64,000 bases of DNA, taken from positions 21,700,001-21,764,000 of the forward strand of contig OZ241829.1 in the NCBI GenBank assembly GCA_965202585.1, written 5' to 3'. Numbering within the stretch: position 1 is the stretch's first letter; every line of letters starts with the position of its first letter. The position numbers were made by a program, and so were the translations under genes. The stretch is from Thalia democratica. Its lineage: Eukaryota. The notes under the pieces are model-generated. The model was not told the DNA's origin, made no database searches, and saw nothing but the letters and a program-made list of their open reading frames with translations. Positions 52,982-64,000 of the stretch are shown in pieces.

Positions 52982-53094
52982 AACAAAAGAGCCTTTGGAA
53001 CATCAAACGGTCAGTGGGAGGCGTACTTACAACACAGGCTGGACAATGGCAAGCACAACTGGAAGTACATAAGTCCGCTAGGAAAAGAATATCG
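52982..53094 (+). CDS. MBD-like domain exon (start uncertain; possibly pseudogenised)
   Basis: Frame reads ...GQWEAYLQHRLDNGKHNWKYISPLGKEYR; phase-2 GC donor CG|GCTAGT. In-frame ATG at 52958 is followed by TGA 52970 and TAA 52979. Confidence 0.6.
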
Positions 53095-53463
53095 GCTAGT
53101 TGACTTATCAATTATTGATATTCTAGTAAAATTAAGAATACATTATAATAAAAATATTTTTTATCACTAAGACAAGCTTTACTAAAACATCAAACTGAAT
53201 ACAAATAGAAATGTATTGTAATACATTTAAATTAGCTAACTGTTTTTAAAATTAATAAGTATCTCACTCAAGCTCTTCCCAATAATGTAATTATTATTTT
53301 AAAAATCCGCTATGTTGTTCATTTATTAGTATTTTTTTACACACATTTAGAGATTTATTGTTTAAAAATGTAAAAAACTCTCAAGAAATGAAGTTGTTAG
53401 TATTTTTTTCTTTAAACCTAGTTAATTTTTTAAATAGGGTTATAAAACTACTAATATTTACAG

Positions 53464-53757
53464 ATCATTGTCAGAGGTTATCAGAGAGTACAGAATGCAT
53501 CATTTGAACAACTTCACAAACTTTCTCGATATCCGATCAGTGAACAATGGGCAGGTTGCACTGAGTGAAATTGATTCGACAACGGATGATGATGAAGACT
53601 TGCAAGATGAAGAAGAGACTACAGAACCTGCGCAAGAGGTTGGTGGCAACAGCGCTAATGCGACCCGCACTGATCCTGCGCAACTGGAAGCACCAACGGA
53701 GAATGCTTCGGTTGCAAATGGAAAGACCGGAAAAGACGCTGTAGGCAGTCCAGGCAA
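53464..53757 (+). CDS. MBD-like gene, next exon (SLSEVIREY plus acidic low-complexity linker)
   Basis: TTTACAG acceptor completes YR|SLSEV. Donor is either AA|GTAAAT after 53757 or AG|GCAAGT after 53753. Confidence 0.7.
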
Positions 53758-54844
53758 GTAAATTTTTGAAAAGTCTAAGAAATGTGTCAATTGGTTGTGC
53801 GATCATCAGATTATGTTTATATGTTATAATCTCACTTCTTATGCATTTTAAGTTGTAGCCACAGGTGTAAATTTTATGTTTAAGTTACATTTTTAGCATT
53901 TTACTAAGTGTTTATAAAGTACTGAATGTCTTTTTATAAGTTTGTGTTTATATTGAAAGTTGCTTACTAACAATTTATTAGTTACAGTCATATTTTGTTT
54001 TTATAAAATGTGTTTCTTTATAATGTGTCATATTGTCTTATTTTTTGAATAAATAAGTATATATAAACAATATAAATATGAATATATAAATATTATTTTT
54101 TTTAGTTGTTAATTTTTGCTTAGTTGTTCTACATATTTATATATTAAAGTAATAGTAAGTAATAATATTGTTATGCATCATACAGTTTTCAAATCAAATT
54201 TAGTTTACCAAAAAAAAATATTTAGCTTGGCTTGAGACTGACTATAGAGAAAAATTTTTATTAATAAACACTTTAATGGTTGTTAATGCTATATATTTAT
54301 AATGCTATCCGAAATTTTATAAATCATAGTTTTAAACTTTATAAAACTAATAATTAAGTTTAGTTTATATGTGATAAAATTATGTATGTGTTTAAACAGG
54401 TATAACAAAAGATCAATTTAAGTTATTAATCTTATGCTAGTTTAATAACATTTTAAGTGATACATTTCTTTAGATACACTATCCGTTTGTTCAGCTTTTA
54501 CAGTCCTTAAGCTCGAATAGTAAGAGTATTTTACTTTTTTTTCGAGTTTAGTTCACATATTAAAAAACTTTTAATGCTAATCCAAGCTTTTTTCTTCCAA
54601 AAGTGGCAACTTTGATTAATCAGGATTATAAAATACAAAGAGTCTTATTATGGCTTCTAACAAAAGCTTTTAATAAAACTAAAATAAAAAATGATCTTAT
54701 CAGCACCAAAAACTTTAAAAAATAATTTTTATTAAAATGAAAAAGATTGTTATAATATTTTTTCTGTATTTTTTTAATACTTTGTACTTAAAAAGCCAAC
54801 AGTGTATTTTAAACCTTTTTTTAATAGTTTGCTGTATTAATAAT

Positions 54845-56960
54845 TTGTGCTAAACAATTTCGAAATGAGATGAATTGGATTAATATATAAGCAAAGTCTT
54901 TCAGTAAATACTCAATTAATTCATTAACCAGAAATCACGAAAATAAGACCTGCTTCAAATTCAAACTTTTTTAGTGGTTGTTACTACTGTAAATTTAGCA
55001 TGAACGTTTAACAATACTAAAAGTTACGTTTTATACATTAATATAGTACTTATCATTGTACTAGATTGCTCAACTTAAATTCAACTTTTGTTAAATCTAG
55101 GATATTTAAGTTTTTTTGAGACTTATATTTTTATACAGTTTAATGAATACTGTTTGTATTTATCAATACATACATGTAGAATGAAGATAAATAGTATGTA
55201 CACACTTATTACTGATAGTTGTTTGTGGTAATTAAATTGGGCATCTTTCGTTTTCAAACTTTGATAAGTTGTTAATACTTAAAGCAAAATAACGTTTGTT
55301 GAATTTGAACTATTTGCGTACAAATAGAATAGTTTTGCATAGATAACTTATATTGAAAATAATTACTATATTAATACAATTAAAACCTGTAAAATATCTA
55401 ATTGGAATACTGATGTAAATAATTTGTATAACTGAAACTTATAAGCTTGTAATCTTTTGTTTAATATACCAAGAAATGTTATTCGATTATTTTTATAAAA
55501 ATGTAATGTCTTACTAATAATCACAAAAAATTTAAAACTTTAATACTTTTTTTTATAAGATCAGAGCAACGATCTAAAACTATGAATTAGTTAGACTGTT
55601 ATGACTTATAGTTTTTTATAGTATAAAGTATATTTAAAAGTTTAAAAAAGTCTTTTTCATTATTATAAAACTTTTTATTTTTTTAACTAATTCTCTAGCA
55701 ATAGCACTATACATTTTTAATTTTAATTTGAATTTATTTATAATTTTTTGCATTATTGTTTTTTCTTAAGTTTGTCCATCGTCTTATGTTTATTTTATTT
55801 AACAGGCCTGAAGATCCCTTAGGGGAGAAACATTGTAGCCTTTGTAAATAAATAAATTTAAAAAAAAAAAAATTAACTTATAGTTTTTAAGTTTTCTAAA
55901 CTAAATTTGACAAAAACAAGAACAAAAAAATTCAAAAGTAGTTTTAAATAGTTAAAAAAATGTTGTGGTCATTAAATTATTTAGATACAAAGGTACTAGT
56001 TAAATTGATATTAAGTTTAAGTAAGATAGTATTTGTAAATAACTAATTTCAAGAACTGAAAAACTAAATAATTTTAAAAACTCTTCAGAATAAAATTAAA
56101 TTTATACGCATCACTAAAACTACATTCTGTATGTTAATATGAGGTAAAAAAAACTTTCTTACTTATAATATCTATTTTAGACAATTCTAAAATAAAAAGT
56201 TTACCAAAAACCATTAAAATTAAATTTAACTTAAAATAAAAGCAAAAAACAACTTGAGTTACTTTGAAATAAATAATACTTACTAGTCTAAGAATATTTT
56301 TAATATATAATTATACTTGCTGTGGTCATTAAATTTATAAAGACATAAATATTTTAACAAGTAAAATATGTTTTTTGCTACAGTAAAAAATTAAAAGGTA
56401 AATTGTCAAAGTTTAATTGTAAATATTAAGTTGTTAAACAAAACTGTGGCAATATACCTAACCTATTTTTAAAACAATATAGTTATTCGAGATCATAAAT
56501 TCATGAAAGTTTAAGATTTTAAATTAAAATATTTTGCTATTTACAAACATCACAAAACTCTAATAAAAGTAATGCATTTAGTTTATAAAGTTTTTAAAAA
56601 ATACTTAAAGTAAACATTTTGAATATTTTTATAACTAAAATTTCAATGTCGCGAGGTTGAATAGCTTAGGATAAAAGTTCTTGTAATCGTAAAACCGACA
56701 ACAACGGATATTCGAGCTAAGATACTTATTGATTATGAATATAATGTTATTTTCGTGAACTTTAATCTATGTTACAACTAGCGAAACAAAAATGCAAAGA
56801 AAATATTTTCTAAAAATCGAAAAGACTAAGAAAAGCCTTTGGAGAAAAGTAAAATATTTTTACGGCTAAAGTAAATGTTTTAAAGTTGCCAATATGCTAG
56901 TGCAAAAAAAAAAACAAATGAATAAACTTATTTTAGTTAATTTGTTTTTTATACACTATA
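54845..56960 (+). repeat. Direct duplication C1 (partner ~62120-64000)
   Basis: gcatgaacgtttaacaatact.aaagttacgtttt at ~54999 and ~62276; aagaaaagcctttggagaaaa at ~56828 and ~63864. Confidence 0.9.
55806..55851 (+). CDS. Candidate terminal exon of the MBD-like gene (PEDPLGEKHCSLCK*)
   Basis: TTTTATTTAACAG acceptor; phase-2 reading is compatible with the GT donor after 53757; local GC island. Confidence 0.4.
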
Positions 56961-59900
56961 AAAAAACAATAGTTTTAAAGAAAGAAAATATAAACTTTAT
57001 TCAAACATACATAAATAGCAAACAAATACCAACCTACTAATGCAATCAAAAGTATGTTATGCTACTTTCGATCACTGATGTAAATGTTTCTACTGTGTCA
57101 GAACAATTTTAGAGTTCAAAAGAGGTATAGTCGAGTCGAGTTTGCTTATTATCTATATTCGTTACTAAAAAAACGAGAAAAACCAAAAAAAAAAAAAAAA
57201 ACACAAATAGAATCAAACAGAAAATAAGATTTATTGATATTTTGAAAAAATATTTTTTTTTAATACAAATATTAATAACTTTGTCTTAACACCAGTTTTA
57301 GTTAACATAAAAGAGCAAAACCTGAAAAGCATTAAGCATTTTATTAAATTATAAATAATGCAAAATGTATTGATTTGAAGTAGCAGTTAGTATTTTTTGT
57401 ATATGAAATTTATTTCGATAACAGAACTAAACAACAATAGTTTTTTATGTATAAAAAACCAAATTACTAACATTCAAAATTTCAAGTTCTGAATTATAGT
57501 ATGATTATAAAAAAACAATGTTTTCAGATTATTCTTAAAAGTACGAATCGATAACTGGAAAGTTTTTATGTATACTATGTCCTAAAACCTTAACTTTCAA
57601 GCGCTTTTGTTGTAAAACAAAATATATATAAAAAAAAATTTAACTAGTAGTGTTTTGTGATTTTATAAAAACTGTTAACAAACTAGGGGAACTTTATATA
57701 AAAGCTATGTGTACAAAATTTATGTCTGTACGATGCATATGAATTTAGAAATTTTGCTTTAACTTTTATACTATAAATTATTTAAAATTCTAGCTAATAT
57801 AATGTCTAAGTTCTTTTTAATAAGTTTTTATACTTTTTATCTTTGAGAACAGTAACAATTCTTCAAATACTTTTCAAAATCCACCAAAAAAAAAAACAAT
57901 AATGTTGCTATGTAATTATTACATATATTGCCAAAAATATACATATATGCCAATTAAAAAAATTATAAGTAGATGCAAGATAAGTTACTTTAAGTATTAA
58001 TGAATAGTCTAACACGGTCTATTATTTTTTTTTTACAGTTTCAGACAAATATATAATGTAAAACTCTTTAAAATTAAGTTAAAACGTTTATTGTTGTAGG
58101 GTAAAAATTAGTCTGATGTTCTTCTACCATAAAAAATTGGTTGTTTTCTTTTTGGGCTAAGTTTTTTCAAATTTAGGTTACTATAGGTCAATACTCTGAT
58201 TTACTCGGTTGTTCAGCAGGTTTAGTTTTTTTATAGTTTAAATATTGGTAAATAAAATTAGTATGCAAGCTAAGTAATTTTAGGACTACCAATTCATAAC
58301 AAAACTTAAAAAAAAATACATTAAAAAAATCACTATTTTAGACATGTCATTGCTCCTAAAAAAACGGCTAAATTGCAAAAATAAGGTAAGTATCATTTTA
58401 ATTAGACCTTCAAGTATGCACATATAAAAATCAAATGTTCTCAGATGAAAATGAATGTTTAATGTTTTAATTTTAAGTAAAAAGATGGTATTTAATATTG
58501 AAAAATAATAAAATGGCAAAAATCGTAAATAAAATTTTAAAGCAAACAACTATTTTTTTACCCTAATTTAACATTTTAGATCCGGTTAACCCCAAGAAAT
58601 TTTATATTTTTTTGTGCTATTGTTGAGTACGATACATAACTGTGTATAAAACTCATTAACAAAAAAAAAAAATTAATACGTTAAAAAAAAACGTTTCATA
58701 TTTTCTTTTCATTATTGTTTAAAAGATTACTGCAAAAATTCAGCTTTTCTTCAAGTAAAATTTTAAACGGCCATAATAATACTAATGTTTTTTTATTAAG
58801 AGGCCGTAACATTAGATTATAACTTTAAAATTAAAATATTTTATTAAGAATCGTTAGTCCTAAAATAACTTAACCAGCATAAAATAGTTTATTTATTAAT
58901 TTTTAAGCTAAAAAAATTAGCCTGCTGAAAAACTGAGTAAGTCAAAATATTGATCTATAGTAACCAATATTCAAAAAACTTAGGCTAAAATAACATAGCC
59001 CAAAAAGAAAAAAAATTGACAGCTCTTAAAATAGTAAACATTTTTAAGTTGTGAAACTTTAGTTTTGCAATCAAAGTTTTATAGATTTTGGTGTTTTTGA
59101 AAGCAAGTTTCACTACTCTTTGTGAGTAATTGAAGTCAAGATAATAGCTTTAGCGGAAAATATAGTACTCTTAATAAAGTAACTCTTTTCAATGAACATG
59201 TTTGTGTTTTATGTTTTGTAAAAATTATAACAGTGTTTTAAAATTTCCGAAGTTTATTACTTTTAATTTTTAAATATGTCGTGATGATTGAAGAGTTTTA
59301 ATATGCTAAATAAAATAAAACAGAAAACCAGTTTGATTAAAAAAAAATTAATAGAAGTGTTTACGATCAACAAACATACCAGACGAACTTGAGCTAACAA
59401 GTATTATTTCACATTACTACTAACACCTAAAAAACAAAATTAATTTAGCAGGTTAGAATACAAGTTGGTTTTGTAGCACGTAATAAAATTAACTTGCAAA
59501 TTTATAAGCATAATATCTACAATAGATTTTAAAAACTAAAAAAAAATAATTAATTTTAGTAAGTTATGGTTTGAGATTATAACAGCTTTAAGCGTGGTAA
59601 TTAAAGTAAACAACTTTTATTTTTTTGAAAAAAAAAAGTTATCATAAAGGTTTATATACCTAAAAAGTTTGAAACTTAATGTTGAAATGTTTTTCAAAGT
59701 TCATAAAAATTTACAGTTATTTGAAAGTATAAATTAGCATAAAAACTAGCTCTGAATCGGGTACAGTTTACATAAAAAAAAATAAAAAAAATAAACAAAA
59801 CTTTTAGTTGCTGTACTATTGATATTCTGTTGTAGGTATATTTTAACTAAACTTTATTTTGTTTTATAGTTAGAGTTTACTAGTCTTAATAAAATTTAAA

Positions 59901-61544
59901 ATACATATGAAGTTAAGAGCACGATTTTAAGTTTTTATTAACATTTATAAAAATAATATCAACTTGAACTTAGTAAAAGTTATTTGTCTGCATATTTTAA
60001 TGTATTACAAATTTATACTTAAAAAAATACTTTAAATATTAAAACTTAAACTTTTAATTGATTAAAAACATTGCAGAGACACTTAGTAACGTCATTTAAA
60101 AGATAAGTGACGTCATAAAAAAAATGCACGAATAACAGCTCCAGTCGGGTATTTATATTAAAATATCGTTGCACTATAAAGGAAATTTACTTTATAAACC
60201 GAAATTTGAAGCGAGTAATTGATCCTTTATATCATTCTCGTAAAGATATATAAACTCGTTATAATAATAATAATAGGTTTTAAATAAGTTAAGATTAAGC
60301 TTTTAACATGAAAAAAAAACTGTTTACTACACGACTTTTTATAAATAACTAAAGAGTAACTTAAACTACTTGTCATAAAAGAACTTTGACCTTAAAAAAT
60401 GTTTACACAAGTTTTAAAAGAGACAAAGTCGTTTATTTTAAAAAGCAAATCAGAAGATGAATGTTTTAGTCAAAAACTAGCCTGTAAAACACAAAGTAAA
60501 TAAACAAACAAACAGATAAAAAGCTTATACATGAACAGAAAACAAATATTATATGAACTTAATAAATATTATAAAAACTTAACATTTTAAACCATAGTTT
60601 AATACTTAATCATTTTTTTGGAAAATATGTTTATAACCTCAAAAGATTAATAAAAAAAGTAAGTTGATCACAAAAAATAATGAGTCTTTAAAGATTTATC
60701 CTTAGTAATTATGAGTAGCACGACAAATTCAATATTTATTAATAAGTTTTATTTTAAATTTTAGTAACAAACGTTAGATTGAAATAAGTTTATTTTTGAA
60801 CTAATTAGAATTTTAATCAAAAACAAACGTTGAACAGATTGTTTAGCAGTTAAAAAAATAAAGTATTAAAATAAGAAATACAAGTTGTTTTTAAAAAAAA
60901 ATAAAATAAATTAAATCAAACAAAATTGTTTTATGTTTTTATTATTGTAACTTTTCCTTTACAAAATTGTATGAACTAGAGTTTAGCATGAAAAGAATTT
61001 AAATTACCAATAAAAAAATTATTAAGACGTTTTTGTAGGACATACAAAAAAACAACTAAAATATTAATTTTGTATATGTCAAAGTAGTAAAACAAGTTTA
61101 TAATAGCTAAACTGGTAGCAAGTATTTATAAAAAAAACTATCCTTAATCTTTGTTTAGTGAAAATGAAGTATAGTTTTTTGTAATATTATAAGACTGACC
61201 TATCTTTTAAAATGTTTATGATAATTTTTTCTGAACTCAATTTTCAAATTGTCTTTGTATTCTATTAAACACGTAAATGAAAAAGAAATATATTTTAATA
61301 AAATATATTTAGGCATAAAATTCAATAAAATTTACAAATCATTTAAACAAATATTGTTTTAAATTGTAATAAACATATCAACAAACTAAAATTTAAGTGA
61401 TAAAATATTGATATTTTTGTTATATGTAATGACGGTGTTGCTAATATTTTTAGTTTTAGTTCAAGTATTTAAGTCTAAAAAGTTAAAGTGGTTAGAAATA
61501 GCACAGCATCTATAAAACAGTCTACACTTGATAATTAGAAAATA

Positions 61545-61817
61545 ACAGGGGTACCACCGGCTGAAAATAAAAAAGATTTCAAAGAATCCTCAGTGGTAAG
61601 GCGTGTCTTCAGGACCCGAAAGTGAAATTTCTCACTGCGACAAGCTGTCTTTTATCCGAAATGTAAAGTACGAATGAAGATCGCGAACGATCTCTCCGAG
61701 CTCCCTATGCAGTTTTTTGAAATTTGGAGATGTGGTAGCCGGATTCGAGCCGAAAATGTTTTCGAGCAGTTTGTTTCTCCGGCTTTCTTCTGGTGGGCGT
61801 TTGCTTGCCGAAGACAT
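61545..61817 (-). pseudogene. Ubiquitin-conjugating enzyme (UBC fold, UBE2D/E-like) pseudogene fragment
   Basis: MSS...FKKLHRELGEIVRD...DSLSQ*EISLSGPEDTPYH*GFFEIFFIFSRWYP matches KRL.KEL.....D....W...I.GP.DTPYEGG.F......YP, with TGA at 61632-34 (Trp) and 61590-92 (Gly). Acceptor CAG 3 nt before the ATG. Confidence 0.78.
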
Positions 61818-62119
61818 TACCTGTTTAAGATTAATCTTTATCTGTTGAATAAGGTTAGTTAAATAAATATAGTTAAAGCACCAAAGTTTTTATTGATTTG
61901 TGATGTTTAAATTTTCTATTAAAAATTGTCTTTTGAGGTAAACTAAATGCATGACAGTCAATGAATATACTGGTGGTAAAATTTTTAATTGTATGTAAAA
62001 TCGTTTTATAATTTAATGTTCACTATTTATTTAAGCAAAGCCAATAGAAATAGTTCATTTAATATAAAAGAGTGTTTAGCAATTGAAAAAATTGATAAAA
62101 AATTAGGATAATTTAATTG

Positions 62120-64000
62120 TAAGTAGAACTTTTGCTAAATATCTGAATAATATGATGAATCAATTAAGCAAAGTCTTTTTGTAAAATATTCAATAACTTC
62201 ATTAACTAATATAATCTAAAATAAAAAGTGCTTCAAATTAAGACTTTTTAGTGATTGTTACAACTTTAAATTTTGCATGAACGTTTAACAATACTTAAAG
62301 TTACGTTTTATACATAAAGAAAATACTTGTCATTGTACTAGATTGTTTTTTTTATTTAATTTAACTTTTATTTTATCTAGTTTATTTTAGCTTTTCCTTT
62401 AGACTTATATTTTTATACAGTCTAATGCACCTCTGTTTGTATTTATCAATACATATGTTTAGAAAGGGGATAAAAAGTACGTATACACGTACTACTGATA
62501 ATTATCTGTGATTGTTAAATAGGGTATTTTATGCTTTTTAAATTATGAAAAGTTATTAACCTAAAAATAAACTAACGTTAGTCGAATTTGAACTATTTGT
62601 TTGTTGAACTATTTGTTTACTATTTGTTGAACAACTCGTAAAGTTTTACATATATAGTTTATATTAAAAATCTTTACTACATTAAAACAGTTAAAACCTG
62701 TAAAAAATACTAAATAGAACAATGATGCAAATAAGTTGCTTGTAACAGTTTTGGTAACAGTTTGTAACCTTTTGTTTATTAAACTAAGATACGTTTTTAG
62801 AACATTTTTATAAAAATGTCTTGTATTACTAACATTCACAAAAAATGTAAAGCTTTAATGCTTTGTGTTATGAGATCAGAGCAACAATGCAAAAATATGA
62901 ATTATTCAGACTGTTATGAATTATTTTTTTTAAAGTTTTTTTAAATGGGTTATGACAAAAGTAAGAATAAACATATTTGCAAAGTAGTTTTAAATAGTAA
63001 AAGAAAAATATTGTGTTCAATAAATTATTTAGATACAAAGGTATTAGTTAATTTGATATTAAGTTTAGATAATATAGTACTTGTAAATAACTAAGTTTAG
63101 CAACTAGAAAAAAAATAAAATTAAAAAACTCTTCAGTTTTAAGTTAAACGCATTACAAAAACTATATTTCCAAAAAATAGATCATATGTTAATACGAAGT
63201 GAAAAAAAGACATTATTATTTATAAGTCATATTTTAGAAAAATAAAAGAAAATATTGTTTTTTTACTAATCATTAACATTTAATTTAACTTAAAACAAAA
63301 TAAAAAACTACTTCAGTCACTTTGAAAAAACATATTACTTACAAATCAAAGAACTTTAAAAAAAAATAATTATACTTGCTGTGGTCGATAAATTTATAAA
63401 GACCTAAATATCTTAACAAGTAAAATATTTTTATTGCTACAGTTGAATTAAAAGCTAAACTGTAAAAGTTTAATAAAAAAAAATTAAGTCGGTAATCAAT
63501 ACTGAAACAATAAACCAAACTTGTTTTTAAAACAATATACTTATTCGTGACAATAATTTAACAAACGTCTACGGTTTATAATCTAAATATTTTGCTGTTT
63601 ATAAACAACACAAAACTTTGAATAGAATAATGCACTTAGTTTATAAAGTTTTTAAAAATAATACTAAAAGTAAACTTTTTGAAAAATTTTATTACTAAAA
63701 TTTTTATGTCGTAAAAATTAATAGTTAGAAATAAAAATTTCTGTAATTGTAAAACCGATACATATTGATTATAGATATAATATTATTTGCCGTAAACATT
63801 AGATCTATGTTTTCAATAGCAAAATCAAGATGTAAAGAAGATAAATTATAAAAATCGAAAAACTAAGAAAAGCCTTTGGAGAAAAATAAACTATTTTTAC
63901 GACTTATTTAAATGTTTTAGAGTTGTCAATATGCTAGTGCTAAAACAAAATATAAAAAAAGATTAATGCCTAGTTTTAGTTAACTCTGTAAAAAATGATA
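62120..64000 (+). repeat. Direct duplication C2 (runs to the window end)
   Basis: Collinear diverged copy of 54845-56960 lacking the ~290-bp segment that holds the 55806 candidate exon. Confidence 0.88.

Noticed and set aside
52918-53103. Penelope-like NG(Y)P reading (ELKEFFQRNG*PL)
   Set aside because: Only a 4-residue resemblance with no RT or GIY-YIG motifs; the alternative frame gives a much better MBD-like alignment.
61590-61634. TGA recoding (Trp or selenocysteine) in the E2 fragment
   Set aside because: One TGA replaces Trp and the other Gly, TGA is a normal stop in CACNB, and no SECIS was recognised; pseudogenisation is simpler.
2288-62839. Short AT-rich ORFs (2288, 2337, 8232, 9782, 16466, 22219, 22989, 26771, 26847, 28672, 33573, 33584, 34010, 35982, 49046, 50587, 52905, 58286, 62609)
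   Set aside because: F/L/I/K/Y-biased translations of intron, repeat or MITE DNA with no motifs or splice support.

Overview
Very AT-rich animal genomic DNA with spliceosomal genes; no rRNA, tRNA or CRISPR seen. Chordate-like, possibly tunicate, but this is inference from the CaVbeta exon architecture and the TGACGTCA-rich introns. The main feature is a + strand voltage-gated Ca2+ channel beta subunit gene (CACNB), reconstructed by hand as 11 coding exons (10369-32784, 1452 nt, 483 aa, all splice phases consistent). It includes a 46-nt HOOK exon and a 60-nt terminal exon that the ORF track misses. The terminal exon encodes LNVISSLKRNLSFRSSSPH*, closely resembling the C-terminal helix of vertebrate skeletal-muscle beta1a. 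The gene also has a Tyr/Gly/Gln repeat insertion, local duplications of many exon edges, and TGACGTCA palindromes next to splice sites. Upstream lie two tandem paralogues of an orphan signal-anchor gene, damaged at complementary positions, and a 63-aa RRSPRL micro-ORF. Downstream is a duplication-rich region (37.8-64 kb) with a two-exon orphan nuclear-protein gene, a Ubc6/UBE2J-like E2 with no tail anchor, a cryptic MBD-like gene joined by a probable GC-AG intron, an E2 pseudogene with two in-frame TGAs, kb-scale inverted and direct duplications, hAT MITEs and a foldback-like element. Family calls rest on motif recognition from memory, not on database searches.
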